From assembly GCA_038891055.1 (NCBI GenBank), contig JAWAEU010000005.1, positions 19,330 through 83,329 of the forward strand: 64,000 bases of DNA, read 5' to 3'. Positions 10,027 through 20,309 of this stretch are shown piece by piece. Source of the DNA: Candidatus Anstonellaceae archaeon (GTDB lineage: Archaea; Micrarchaeota; Micrarchaeia; Anstonellales; Anstonellaceae). The notes under the pieces are model-generated. The model was not told the origin of the DNA and did no database searches. It saw nothing but the letters and a program-made list of their open reading frames with translations. Position 1 is the first letter of the stretch, and each line of letters starts with the position of its first letter. The translations under genes were made by a program, and so were the position numbers.

Positions 10027-10078
10027 ATGCTCCCTCCTGCTCTTGTAGAGCAGTAAACAGCGGGAAAATCCGTTTAAT
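10027..10078 (-). promoter_or_regulatory. Structured 5' leader of the rpl1-rpl10-rpl12 operon; candidate L1 autoregulatory site
   Basis: mRNA UCCC-GCUGUUUA-CUGCUCU-ACA-AGAGCAG-GA-GGGA, with the SD in the 3' strand; TTTATAAA box at 10099-10106. Confidence 0.7.
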
Positions 10079-10189
10079 TATCTTTTTGTTCGAAATTATT
10101 TATAAAGCTTTCCTTTTTTATTTTTTCTCTTTTTTTGGTGGATTTTTATTAGGAAATAGATTTTTATATTTTGATTTATTGTTTTATTT

Positions 10190-11056
10190 GTGAAAAAAAC
10201 TGTAATTTTTTTATTATTGCCCCTGTTTCTATTTTTTTCAGGATGTGTTTATATTGAAGTTTATCATAAATTCTACCCAAATAGCACTTCTTTAGTTATT
10301 TCTCAAATAAAATATGATAATCTTGTTGAAGTTCTCAAAAAAACTTCTATAAAACCGCAGAATTTTGAGAATTGGGAAGAATTTTTATACTACAGCTGTA
10401 AAAATTTAGGAAATTTAACTAACTTTAGTTACATTTGCAACAAAAAAGAAAATTGGTTGATTGTAGAAAATAAGGAAATAGCTACTAAAAACTATATAAT
10501 GAATTACTATAACGCATTTCCTTTTGAGATATATGAAATAAAAATTTTTAAATTGCCTGACCTTCCTTTTTATGTTTTAAATTCTTCTCTAAATTCTACT
10601 CATTTAAAAATTTTAGTTTTCAATTATTCCTTTTCCACAGAAAATAAATATTTAATGCAACTACAGGCAAGTGGTTTAAAATATAAATATACTATAGATG
10701 TGCCAGGCCAAATTATCGAATATAACCATGGTAAATTAATAGATAATAGAGTCGTAGTAGATCCCTTCGACGTAGCCTTTTCAGAAGAAAAATTCATTTA
10801 TATAAAAAGCAGAGAACTAAATTTAAGGCAAGCCTCCATCCTAATAATAACCTTTTTAGTTTTGTTCTTGTTTTTTGATTTAGTTATCATTTTGGCAATA
10901 AATTCATTTAGAAAAAGAATTTTTAGAGTACTGGAAGAAAAAAAGATTTTAGAGGAAAAGAGAGGAAAAAAAATTTTTGATCATGAGAGTGATCAAAATA
11001 TTAATTCAAACTTAATTTCATTTCCTTCTAGTGGAGAAAAAAAGTTTAAAAAATAA
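10190..11056 (+). CDS. Putative lipoprotein with C-terminal TM anchor, unknown function
   Basis: Lipobox-like FFSGC, several NxS/T sequons, C-terminal TM and charged tail. Confidence 0.7.
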   Translation: MKKTVIFLLLPLFLFFSGCVYIEVYHKFYPNSTSLVISQIKYDNLVEVLKKTSIKPQNFENWEEFLYYSCKNLGNLTNFSYICNKKENWLIVENKEIATKNYIMNYYNAFPFEIYEIKIFKLPDLPFYVLNSSLNSTHLKILVFNYSFSTENKYLMQLQASGLKYKYTIDVPGQIIEYNHGKLIDNRVVVDPFDVAFSEEKFIYIKSRELNLRQASILIITFLVLFLFFDLVIILAINSFRKRIFRVLEEKKILEEKRGKKIFDHESDQNINSNLISFPSSGEKKFKK

Positions 11057-11057
11057 A

Positions 11058-12008
11058 TTATTTTTGGAACTTTAAATCATGGAGGAGTTTACATTTTGCA
11101 CATAAATTTGTAGAGGAGGGCTTGTTGCACTTTTTACATTTCTTTAGTCCTTGTTGTTGTTCTTTTCTTAGGCTTTTTAAATTTTCTAAAAACCTATATA
11201 TTCTAATTTTTGTACCCGGGTAGCTATCTTCCAAAATATTTATTATTTCCCTTACCTTTTGCCTCATCGCCTGATTCGCATATGGGCAATCTTGAAAATG
11301 CATATTGAGATTTTTTAGCATAGCATATGCAGCAACTTCGATTTCAGCCATTTTTGCAAGCGGAAAAATTCTAGGTAAAAATTCACTACTACTCTCTTGT
11401 TTAGTTAATTGAGAATTGGGGGAAATTCTAAGAAGCCTTTTTGGTTCATTTCTAATAATATTTAAGATTATTGTTTGGGCTATATCATCTAGATTATGCC
11501 CAGTTGCTATTTTATTTGCTTTTATTTTTTTAGCAGCTTTTTCTAGCAGATCTCTTCTCAAAACTCCACAATAACTGCATGTGCCAAACTTCTTTGTTAA
11601 TTTTGAAATTTTGTCAATATTTACGCCATACTCTTTTACAAAAGAAAAATAATGTAATTTTACGCCAATCTCTTTGCATTGTTTTTTTGCTTGTTTATAT
11701 GCCTTATCCCTATAGCCCCTAATACCTTCATCCATTAGTATTGCACTTAATTTGAAAGGAAGCCTCTGTTGCAATTTTTTTAATAAATACAAAGTTACTG
11801 TGCTATCTTTTCCTCCAGAAAGACCAACTGCTACATGTTCTCCCTTTTTTATCATCTTGTATTCTCTAATTGTTTGAAATACTTTTTTTTCGAAATATTC
11901 TACAAAATGCTCTTCACAATAAGGTTTAGTTCTATTATCTGCTATTATGATTGCATTATTAGAACATTTTATGCATCCTATTATATTTTTTCTATCCACC
12001 AAAAACAA
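11058..12008 (-). CDS. tRNA 2-thiolation protein (TtuA/Ncs6/CTU1 family)
   Basis: SGGKDS PP-loop, CSYCGVLRR, ATGHNLDD, CPY, terminal Zn fingers; exact start uncertain. Confidence 0.92.
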   Translation of the reverse strand: MFLVDRKNIIGCIKCSNNAIIIADNRTKPYCEEHFVEYFEKKVFQTIREYKMIKKGEHVAVGLSGGKDSTVTLYLLKKLQQRLPFKLSAILMDEGIRGYRDKAYKQAKKQCKEIGVKLHYFSFVKEYGVNIDKISKLTKKFGTCSYCGVLRRDLLEKAAKKIKANKIATGHNLDDIAQTIILNIIRNEPKRLLRISPNSQLTKQESSSEFLPRIFPLAKMAEIEVAAYAMLKNLNMHFQDCPYANQAMRQKVREIINILEDSYPGTKIRIYRFLENLKSLRKEQQQGLKKCKKCNKPSSTNLCAKCKLLHDLKFQK

Positions 12009-12186
12009 CCCTTATTATCTCTATTTTTCCCTTCTGTGGAATCGGATTTTCTGGAGGAGTTAATTTTCCATCAACTTTTACCAAAGCTATTTGCTTGCTG
12101 ATATTTAAATCTGTTAATAATTCCTCTATTTTTTTATATTTTTTTTGGAGGGTTATTTTTTTTCCATCTAAATAAATTTCTGGCAT
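11992..12186 (-). CDS. ThiS/MoaD/SAMP ubiquitin-like sulfur carrier
   Basis: 64 aa ending VFGG; overlaps the thiolase start. Confidence 0.9.
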   Translation of the reverse strand: MPEIYLDGKKITLQKKYKKIEELLTDLNISKQIALVKVDGKLTPPENPIPQKGKIEIIRVVFGG

Positions 12187-12231
12187 GCTCTCACCAATTA
12201 AATTTAAAAGGATATACTAACTTTTTTATTT

Positions 12232-14442
12232 GTGAACAATAATCTTAATTATTTTATATTAATATTTTTTTTTCTTTTAGTTCAGATTGGCTATCAGACA
12301 GAAGAAGATTTAAAAATAAACCCAGTACATGTAGAGAGCGCCTCTTACATAATAAAATACAATTATACTCTAAAGTCTTCTTATGGCAACTTATCAAAAG
12401 CAACTATAAACATCTCCATTCCTCCTAATTCAAAGGTATTGTTTTCTTCACATAATTATAGTATTTTAAAAGACGATTTTGAAAATAATTTTTTATTACT
12501 CTCCCACGACCCCTCTGCCAATGAAGTTAATTTTTCAGTAGATCTACTAACTACTATCAATGCCTCTCACCTATATTCTTTAAATTATTCTGATTTTTAT
12601 TATGCACCTTCTAATTTGGATAACTACTTACAAAATCTTTCTTTAAATATAACCTCGATTTATTATTCTGACTTTGAAAAAATTGCAGCTTTAGCTATTT
12701 ATGTTCATAATTTAATAGATTATGATATTAATTTTTTTGACAAAAGTTATTCTCCTCAAGAAATTTTAAAAATAAAAAAAGGTGTGTGCACACACTATGC
12801 TCTACTTTTTTCTTCACTTGCGCAATCTTTGGGCTATAAAACCAGGTATGTACATGGCTTTGCTTATTCTTCTAAAGCTGGTGGTTGGATAGGTCATGTA
12901 TGGGTAGAGGTTTATTTGGGGAAATGGGTGGGGGTTGATCCAACTTGGCTTGAAGTAGGTTTTATAGATGCTACCCACATTCCATTTTTTAGATCTTATT
13001 CTCTGGATTTTAAGTTATCTTCTGCAACTGCCTATATAGAAAAAGAAGCTAATTTACAAATCATCTCTCTTTATGAAACCAAAGACTTTTTTGAAAATGC
13101 AAAAAATATACTTCCACTCTCTCTTAATTTAAGTGAAAAAAACTACATAAAAAATGTTATAGTTTCCAACGAGGTTATAAATCCACTCTCTCAATTAGTT
13201 TTAATAGCAAATTTGTCAAATAGTCCTGAATACACAGTTACATCTGTGAAATTGCATAGTTGTACTGATCAGTTTAACAATAGCTTTTTTGAGTTTTTAG
13301 ATGATGAGCAATATTTTATTTTACAACCTTCTAAAGAATTTTATTTTTTTTCTATAGGTAAATTCAATCAAGATTTTCAATTTTACAATAAAGAAAAAGC
13401 CTCTTATTATGTCTTAAAATGTCCAATCATTATAGAAGATAAAATGTTTGAAAAGTCGATAATAAAAGAAATAGAGCTAAATCCAACTGCACGGCCCTTA
13501 AAAAAAGTTGAGGCTCAACTTTTGAGGCTGACAATTGATATCACTCAGAAGCAAAATTTATTTGTAGATTCAAATTCTTCAGAGAAATTTTTTGTAGTTG
13601 GGGAAAACATTTTTCTTTTTAATGACTCTTTATCTCCCAGCTTTGTTTTTTATCCTTCTAAATTTGGAAAAAACAAGGTAGTTGTGTTTTCTAAATCTTC
13701 AGAGCCAGTGGAATTAGTTTTTTATGTTCAAAAAATTGAAAATCTCATTAGTAATATTAGTGTACCAAGGGTAGTAATGGGCTCTACTCCATTTGTTATT
13801 AATATAACCTTTGACAAAAACATTTCAAATTCAAATCTAACTCTTGTGGTCGGACTTGCTAATAATTACCAGTCCTCTAGAGTGAATAATACCTCTGTTT
13901 CTGTGGAGTTGCAAACAGATAAGATCGGAGAGTTTTTTATAATAATTTATCTAAAGGATGAGCAAGGAAGAATTTTATACTCAGACAGTATACCTCTAAA
14001 AGTTATTCAAAAACCATTTATATTTATAAAAGAAATTTCTATTAAAAATAAAAATAACTTTTTTTATACCAATTTTAAATTTGAATATAGTGGCGAATTT
14101 TCTTATTCTCAATTATATTTGGATGAAGAAAAATATATCTTAGACAAAAACAAAACTAATTTAGAAATAATTCTATCCAAAAAACCAAGAGTAGTAAAAT
14201 TGGTTTGGTTTGACCTTTTTAACAATTCTTATGTCATAACTAAGGACATTTCTTCTTTAAATGTAGTCGAGGATTTAGTGGAGGTAAGAGGAGAGGAAAG
14301 AAATATACTATCAAAATCATTTTTTGATTTATTATCCGCATTAGTAGTTTTTAGTTTAGCCATTATTTTATTTATAAAAATTTACAAATATTATAAAATT
14401 AAAAAAGAAAATTCTAATAAAGATGATTATAATCATTTTTAA
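12232..14442 (+). CDS. Membrane-anchored transglutaminase-like surface protein
   Basis: Signal peptide, GVCTHYA / HVWVEV / VDPT Cys-His-Asp triad, many NxS/T sequons, C-terminal TM. Confidence 0.85.
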   Translation: MNNNLNYFILIFFFLLVQIGYQTEEDLKINPVHVESASYIIKYNYTLKSSYGNLSKATINISIPPNSKVLFSSHNYSILKDDFENNFLLLSHDPSANEVNFSVDLLTTINASHLYSLNYSDFYYAPSNLDNYLQNLSLNITSIYYSDFEKIAALAIYVHNLIDYDINFFDKSYSPQEILKIKKGVCTHYALLFSSLAQSLGYKTRYVHGFAYSSKAGGWIGHVWVEVYLGKWVGVDPTWLEVGFIDATHIPFFRSYSLDFKLSSATAYIEKEANLQIISLYETKDFFENAKNILPLSLNLSEKNYIKNVIVSNEVINPLSQLVLIANLSNSPEYTVTSVKLHSCTDQFNNSFFEFLDDEQYFILQPSKEFYFFSIGKFNQDFQFYNKEKASYYVLKCPIIIEDKMFEKSIIKEIELNPTARPLKKVEAQLLRLTIDITQKQNLFVDSNSSEKFFVVGENIFLFNDSLSPSFVFYPSKFGKNKVVVFSKSSEPVELVFYVQKIENLISNISVPRVVMGSTPFVINITFDKNISNSNLTLVVGLANNYQSSRVNNTSVSVELQTDKIGEFFIIIYLKDEQGRILYSDSIPLKVIQKPFIFIKEISIKNKNNFFYTNFKFEYSGEFSYSQLYLDEEKYILDKNKTNLEIILSKKPRVVKLVWFDLFNNSYVITKDISSLNVVEDLVEVRGEERNILSKSFFDLLSALVVFSLAIILFIKIYKYYKIKKENSNKDDYNHF

Positions 14443-14454
14443 TTTTGTGAGAGT

Positions 14455-15312
14455 ATGTGCTTGGTAATTTTTTTGGGAAGTGGTGGGGGTAGATTTAATT
14501 TAATAAAACAATTGCGCTCTAGTGGGGGATTTCTAATAAGCACAAAAAATTTTTTAATAAGTGTAGATCCTGGGCCAGGTGCTTTAACACAAATGAACAA
14601 ATTAAAAATAGATCCAACAGCTTTAGATGGAATTATCATCACCCACAATCACATTGACCATTATTTGGAAGCCCCTCTTTTTATAGAGGCAATGACTGAT
14701 TATGCTCGAAGGCAAAAAGGTTTTTTGATAGGTTCTAAGTCTGTAGTAGAAGGAAAAGAAGAAGAGAATAGTAATTATGAGCCAGTAATCTCTTCTTATC
14801 ATTTATCAAAAATCAAAGAAAAAATAGTTCTTCTTCCTTATGAAAAAAAATCAATTGAGTTAAAAGAAAAAAATTTTCATTTTGAAATAGAGGGAGTACC
14901 AACCAAACATGAAGACAAAAGCGGTATTGGCTTTGTAATGAGTGTAAATAATAAAAAAATAGGATATACTTCAGATAGCGAATTTTTCTTGGAGCAAACA
15001 AGATTTTTTAAAAATGTAGATTTGCTAATTGCAAACTGTCTAAAACCAAAAGATGATAAAATTCCAGGCCATCTAGATGCTTCCTCTTTAGTCGAACTAT
15101 TAAATCTAGCAAAGCCAAAAGTTTGTATTATTACTCATCTTGGTATGAAAATAATATTAAATGGTGCTAATAAATTAGCAGCCCAGATAGAAAAAGAAAG
15201 CAGTGTAAAAACATTAGCTGCAGTTGATGGTTATTTTTATGATCTAAAAGATGAAAAATTCGCAAAGTATTCTAAGGTAAAAAGAAAGGAGGCTCAGCAA
15301 AAACTTTTATAG
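14455..15312 (+). CDS. Metallo-beta-lactamase-fold hydrolase
   Basis: FLGSGGG, VDPGPG, THNHIDH, YTSD, ITH. Confidence 0.88.
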   Translation: MCLVIFLGSGGGRFNLIKQLRSSGGFLISTKNFLISVDPGPGALTQMNKLKIDPTALDGIIITHNHIDHYLEAPLFIEAMTDYARRQKGFLIGSKSVVEGKEEENSNYEPVISSYHLSKIKEKIVLLPYEKKSIELKEKNFHFEIEGVPTKHEDKSGIGFVMSVNNKKIGYTSDSEFFLEQTRFFKNVDLLIANCLKPKDDKIPGHLDASSLVELLNLAKPKVCIITHLGMKIILNGANKLAAQIEKESSVKTLAAVDGYFYDLKDEKFAKYSKVKRKEAQQKLL

Positions 15313-15383
15313 TTGTTGCTTTTTATATTTATTTATAATTCTACAAAATTTTTTAATTTAAATTAAGTCTAACAGGGTAACTT

Positions 15384-17810
15384 ATGAAAGAACTTCCTAA
15401 ATCTATAGATAGTACAATAGAAAAAAAGTGGCAGGAATTTTGGAAAAAAAATCAAGTTTTTAGATTTGTTTTAGATGAAGCTTCAGAGCAAAAAGAAGTA
15501 TTTGTAATTGATTCTCCCCCTCCTTTTACTTCTGGTAATTTACATATGGGACATGTTTTATCTTATTCTTATTTTGATTTTGTAGCAAAATATAAAAAAA
15601 TGAAAGGTTTTAATGTTTTTTTTCCACAAGGTTGGGATTGTCAGGGATTTCCAACTGAGGTGAAAGTGGAAAAAAAATATGGTAAAAGTTCACCAGAACA
15701 ATTTAGAAAACATTGTGTTGATTGGACTGAGCAGTGCATTGCTAATATGAAAAGGCAAATGATTAGCCTCGGCTTTTGTCCAGATTGGAATTATGAATAT
15801 AAAACAATGGATCCAAGTTATCACAGAAAGGTCCAACTTTCAGTGCTGAGGATGTATCAAAAAGGACAAATCTATAGAGCCTCTCATCCTGTTTATTGGT
15901 GTGTAAGTTGTCAGTCTGCTCTCTCAAAAACAGATACTGAAGATATTGTGCGGTCAGCAACTCTCTATACTCTTATTTTTGAGCTGGAGGGGGAAAATAA
16001 TCAAGAGTTACATATAGCTACAACTAGGCCAGAATTGTTACATGCGATAGTGGCAGTGCTTTATAACCCTGCTGATGAGCGGTATAAAAAATTTCTCGGA
16101 AAAAAACTTTTTGTAAAAAGCCCATTTGGAAAATCTGTACCTCTTTTGGCAGATAATGATGTTGATAGAGAATTTGGAACTGGTTTGGTTATGGTTTGTA
16201 CTTTTGGAGACAAACAGGACGTTATTTGGACCTATCGTCATAATTTGCCCCAAGTAGAGGCAATTAGCAAAGATGGAAAATTAATTAATGCTGGGGATTT
16301 TAGCGGCTTGAATATTAGAGAAGCAAAAGAAAAAATTGTAGAATTTTTAGAAAAGAATAAAAAAATAGTGAGCAAACAAACAATTCAGCAGACAATAAAA
16401 ATTCATGATCGTTGCTCCACAGCTGTAGAATTTTTGAATTCTTTTCAGTGGTTTGCTAAAATAACTGACAAGGCAGATAAAATAATTTCTACTGCAAGAC
16501 AAATAAAGTGGTACCCAGAATTTGCAATAGCTCATTTAATAAATTGGGCAAATTATGTGGAATGGGATTGGGTGATTTCAAGGCAAAGAATATTTGGCAC
16601 CCCAATTCCATTTTGGATTTGTAAAAATTGTTCTTTTATTGTTGAGCCAGCAGAAGAAGAACTTCCAGTTTATCCACTTGGAACTACTAGAAAATGCCCT
16701 AAGTGTGGTGGTGAGGCAGAGGGAGAATCCTCGGTTTTTGATTGTTGGGTGGACTCTTCTATTACTCCTCTAATAATTTCAAAATGGGAGGAAGATAGTA
16801 AGTTTTTTTCTAAGACTTATCCTGCATCTTTAAGACCACAGGGAGTAGAAATAATCAGGACTTGGGCTTTTTATACTATTTATAGATGCTTTGAGCTTAC
16901 CTCCAGAGCTCCTTTTAGAGAGATTTTACTAAACGGAAATGTGCTTGCTCCAGATGGAAAGAAAATGTCAAAATCACTTGGAAATATTATAGAACCAGAT
17001 GATTTGTTAAAGCAATATGGAGCTGACGCAATAAGAATTTGGGCAGCACTTTCAGGCGCTATGGCAAAAGATAGGCCATTTTCTTATCAAGACATCACCT
17101 TTGGAAAAAATTTTGTAAACAAAGTGTTAAATGCAGGAAGACTTATACTTAACTTTTACTTTAAATTTAGAGATGTAAATTTTGATCTAAGTTACTATTC
17201 TAATCTCTCTTCTTTTAGTGAAATCGATAAATATTATCTATCAAAATTTTATTATTTGGTGGAAAGAGTAAACAAACATTGGGAAAATTACGAATTCCAT
17301 CACATAATGAAGGAAATTTCAAACTTTTTTTGGCATGAGTTTTGTGACTATTATATCGAATTTGTAAAATATAGATTATATTCTGAGCAAGACAATAGTG
17401 CTAAAGAAGCAGCTATGGTTTTATTTAACATTTATAAAAATACTTTGTTATTGTTGGCCCCATTTATTCCTTTTTGCACAGAAGAAATTTGGAGTTTAAT
17501 TAAAAAAGATCAAAATTCCTCTATTTTTTATGAGAAATATCCCTCTCCACAAGATATAAAATCATTTAAAATTTTTTTGGAGGAAGAGTTAGAAGATTAT
17601 AAAATTTTTGAGCAAATAGTAGATTTAATAAAAAAAGAAAAAACCAAAAAGAATCTAAAACTCAAAGATAAAGTTGAGTGCTTAAAAATATTTTGCCCAG
17701 AGCAAAAAATAAAAATTTTGCAAAATTTCCAAGAAGATATTTTAAAGACCTTTAATATATTATCTATAGTATACAATAACTCTAACGAATTGTCTCTCCA
17801 ATTAGAATAA
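15384..17810 (+). CDS. valS: Valine--tRNA ligase
   Basis: PPPFTSGNLHMGH, ATTRPE, DWVISRQR, KMSKS. Confidence 0.93.
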   Translation: MKELPKSIDSTIEKKWQEFWKKNQVFRFVLDEASEQKEVFVIDSPPPFTSGNLHMGHVLSYSYFDFVAKYKKMKGFNVFFPQGWDCQGFPTEVKVEKKYGKSSPEQFRKHCVDWTEQCIANMKRQMISLGFCPDWNYEYKTMDPSYHRKVQLSVLRMYQKGQIYRASHPVYWCVSCQSALSKTDTEDIVRSATLYTLIFELEGENNQELHIATTRPELLHAIVAVLYNPADERYKKFLGKKLFVKSPFGKSVPLLADNDVDREFGTGLVMVCTFGDKQDVIWTYRHNLPQVEAISKDGKLINAGDFSGLNIREAKEKIVEFLEKNKKIVSKQTIQQTIKIHDRCSTAVEFLNSFQWFAKITDKADKIISTARQIKWYPEFAIAHLINWANYVEWDWVISRQRIFGTPIPFWICKNCSFIVEPAEEELPVYPLGTTRKCPKCGGEAEGESSVFDCWVDSSITPLIISKWEEDSKFFSKTYPASLRPQGVEIIRTWAFYTIYRCFELTSRAPFREILLNGNVLAPDGKKMSKSLGNIIEPDDLLKQYGADAIRIWAALSGAMAKDRPFSYQDITFGKNFVNKVLNAGRLILNFYFKFRDVNFDLSYYSNLSSFSEIDKYYLSKFYYLVERVNKHWENYEFHHIMKEISNFFWHEFCDYYIEFVKYRLYSEQDNSAKEAAMVLFNIYKNTLLLLAPFIPFCTEEIWSLIKKDQNSSIFYEKYPSPQDIKSFKIFLEEELEDYKIFEQIVDLIKKEKTKKNLKLKDKVECLKIFCPEQKIKILQNFQEDILKTFNILSIVYNNSNELSLQLE

Positions 17811-17845
17811 CAAGAACAAAAAATGTGAACAAAATTGTGGTGGGA

Positions 17846-18403
17846 ATGGAGTTATTATTTTTAACTTCAAATAAAAATAAGGTTAGAGAAGCCAAAAAGA
17901 TTTTAAATAAGTTTGGTATAAATTTTATAAGCAAGAACTCCAAAGGACTGGAGATTCAATCAGATTCTTTGGAGGAAGTTGCAAAAAGATGTGCCCTGGA
18001 AGGTTTTAAAAAATTTTCCAAGCCCGTATTTGTAGAAGATTCCGGGCTTTTTGTGGATAGTTTAAAAGGCTTTCCTGGGGTATATTCCTCATATGTGCTA
18101 AAAACAGTAGGTTGCAAAGGAATCTTAAACCTACTGGGCCAACAGCGTCGGAGAAGTGCCAAGTTTGTTTGTGTAGTTGCATTTGCAGCTAAAAATATTA
18201 TAAAAACCTTTAGGGGTGAAGTAAGAGGCACTATCTCCTACTCTATAGCAAAAGGAGGAGGCTTTGGCTATGACCCTATTTTTGTTCCATTGGGCTATAG
18301 CCAGCCATTTTCTAAAATCATAGATAAAAAATATGAAATTTCGCATCGTGCTAAAGCATTTGAAAAATTTGCCGCATATTTATTAAAAAGAGGTGTTGTT
18401 TAA
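17846..18403 (+). CDS. rdgB: Non-canonical purine NTP pyrophosphatase (RdgB/HAM1)
   Basis: TSNKNK, EDSGL, GFPGVYS, GFGYDPIF, SHR; ATG at 17846 preferred. Confidence 0.92.
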   Translation: MELLFLTSNKNKVREAKKILNKFGINFISKNSKGLEIQSDSLEEVAKRCALEGFKKFSKPVFVEDSGLFVDSLKGFPGVYSSYVLKTVGCKGILNLLGQQRRRSAKFVCVVAFAAKNIIKTFRGEVRGTISYSIAKGGGFGYDPIFVPLGYSQPFSKIIDKKYEISHRAKAFEKFAAYLLKRGVV

Positions 18404-18859
18404 ATGGCTAAATTGCATTCAAAAAAGAAAGGAAAGGCAGGCTCAAAAAAGCCAATTTTGCATGTAGTTCCATCTTGGTTGGACTATAGCCCAGAAGAAG
18501 TAACTGATATTATAGTAAAATTGGGAAGGCAGGGCTATAGTGCTACTGATATTGGAAGAATTTTAAGAGATCAGTATGGAATTGGCCAGGTAAGATTAAT
18601 ATGCAAAAAAAAGATTTCTCAGATTTTAGCAGAAAACAATATTAAAGTTGATTATCCAGATGATCTGCTTGCTTTAATTAAAAAAGCAGTAAGAATGTTA
18701 AAGCATATTGAAAAAAATAAATCAGATAAATCTAATATTATTAAACTCTCACACGTGGAATCAAAAATAAAAAGACTTGTAAAATATTATATTAAAATCG
18801 GCAAACTTCCTCATAATTGGAAGTATTCTAGAGAAAGAGCTGTGTTAATTGTGAAGTGA
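18404..18859 (+). CDS. rps15: 30S ribosomal protein S15 (S13e)
   Basis: MAKLHSKKKGKAGS, IGRILRDQYGI, ESKIKRLVKYY. Confidence 0.96.
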   Translation: MAKLHSKKKGKAGSKKPILHVVPSWLDYSPEEVTDIIVKLGRQGYSATDIGRILRDQYGIGQVRLICKKKISQILAENNIKVDYPDDLLALIKKAVRMLKHIEKNKSDKSNIIKLSHVESKIKRLVKYYIKIGKLPHNWKYSRERAVLIVK

Positions 18860-19458
18860 TGAATATGGCAAAGGCTGCTAAATCTAAGAGTACTAAAAGC
18901 AATTGGAAGGAAAAAGTTTGGTACACTCTAAAAGCACCAGAAATTTTTGAATCTAGGGAAATCGGTCAGTTGGTTTCTTCAGATCCAGAAAATCTAAAAA
19001 ACAGAGTGGTAAAAGTCAGTCTTTCTTCCCTCTCTTCTGCTTCTGTGCCAACAGCATTATTTGTAAATATAAAACTAAGAGTTACAGATGTTTTGGGCAA
19101 TGCAGCAAATACAAAATTTATAGGTCATGAATTTTTATCTTCCTATATAAAGTCTTTAATCAAAAGAAGAAGGTCTCTAATCCAAAATGTCGTGGATGTC
19201 ACAACTTCTGATAATAAAAAAATCAGGCTAAAGACGATTTGTATTACTCAATTTAAAGTTTCTGAGAGAAAAAAGAAAGACATTAGAAAACTAATAGCAA
19301 ACAAATTAGAAGAGGCTGCTTCCTCCTCAACTTTTGATATCTTTTGTCAGGAGATGTTATTTGGTAAATTGGCAGTAAAGGTATTTAATGCAGCAAAAAA
19401 AATCGCACCTCTAAAAAGATTTGAAATAAAAAAATCAGAATTATTTGAAGTTTTTTAA
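18856..19458 (+). CDS. rps3ae: 30S ribosomal protein S3Ae
   Basis: WKEKVWYTLKAP, KKIAPLKRFEIKK. Confidence 0.93.
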   Translation: MMNMAKAAKSKSTKSNWKEKVWYTLKAPEIFESREIGQLVSSDPENLKNRVVKVSLSSLSSASVPTALFVNIKLRVTDVLGNAANTKFIGHEFLSSYIKSLIKRRRSLIQNVVDVTTSDNKKIRLKTICITQFKVSERKKKDIRKLIANKLEEAASSSTFDIFCQEMLFGKLAVKVFNAAKKIAPLKRFEIKKSELFEVF

Positions 19459-19491
19459 GTTTTTTGCCCTATATTATTAATGTTTTATTCT

Positions 19492-19564
19492 GCCCAGGTG
19501 GTGTAGTGGTCTAGCATTCCGGCCTGTCACGCCGGCGACCGGGGTTCGAATCCCCGTCTGGGCG
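19492..19564 (+). tRNA. tRNA-Asp(GTC)
   Basis: Cloverleaf; anticodon arm CCGGC-CTGTCAC-GCCGG; GTTCGAATCC T-arm. Confidence 0.96.
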
Positions 19565-19659
19565 TTTATCCTTATTCTCTAAATTTTATTTTATCAAAGT
19601 TTTATGTGTTTAACATAAAGTTTTATATATTTAACTTTCTTATCTAATATGGTGATACT

Positions 19660-20121
19660 ATGAGAAAATCACAAGTTGTTTTGTCAGAAGGTATGGCAGC
19701 ACCTCTGTTCAAGTTATATGACTCTTCAAATAATCTGTTTGATTTGAGTGATTATAAAGATAAACTTTTAGTAGTCTATTTCTATCCAAAAGATGACACT
19801 CCTGGTTGTACTGCTCAGGCATGTGGATTTTCATCTCTTTTGGAAGAATTTAAAAAGTTGGGAGTAGAAATATATGGAATTTCTTCCGATGATTCTCTCT
19901 CTCACAAAAAATTTATAGAAAAATATAATATTTTATTTCCTCTTCTTATTGACAAAGATTGGAAAGTAGCAAAACTATATGGGGCATATAAAAATGGAAA
20001 GTTAAATAGATCCACTTTTGTAATAAAAAATTTGATAATTCAAAAAGTATTTTATAATGCAGATCCAAAGAATAACCCCAAAGAAGTATTGGACTCTTTA
20101 AAATCCTTAGTTAAAAATTAA
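19660..20121 (+). CDS. bcp: Peroxiredoxin (BCP/PrxQ)
   Basis: YFYPKDDTPGCTAQAC. Confidence 0.93.
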   Translation: MRKSQVVLSEGMAAPLFKLYDSSNNLFDLSDYKDKLLVVYFYPKDDTPGCTAQACGFSSLLEEFKKLGVEIYGISSDDSLSHKKFIEKYNILFPLLIDKDWKVAKLYGAYKNGKLNRSTFVIKNLIIQKVFYNADPKNNPKEVLDSLKSLVKN

Positions 20122-20133
20122 AGAATTTAAAAA

Positions 20134-20244
20134 TCCCGCGGGTGTGAGTTGAACACACAACCTTCCGGTAACTATTTACCTATTACACATTTGTAATAGA
20201 CTGTTAATCTACAGCCGGACGCTCTACCATTGAGCTACCGCGGG
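20134..20244 (-). tRNA. tRNA-Tyr(GTA) with 39-nt intron (20170-20208) at canonical 37/38
   Basis: C1-G72 acceptor; TCCGG-CTGTAG|intron|A-CCGGA; BHB central helix CUGU/AUAG. Confidence 0.93.
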
Positions 20245-20309
20245 TTTAAAATCATATAAATATTTTTATATTATATCGAGATTTTTTAAATATTTACCTA
20301 AAGTGGTGG

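Noticed and set aside
11058..12186. Sulfur carrier plus tRNA thiolase pair as a novel system
   Set aside because: Established SAMP/TtuB with NcsA/TtuA pairing
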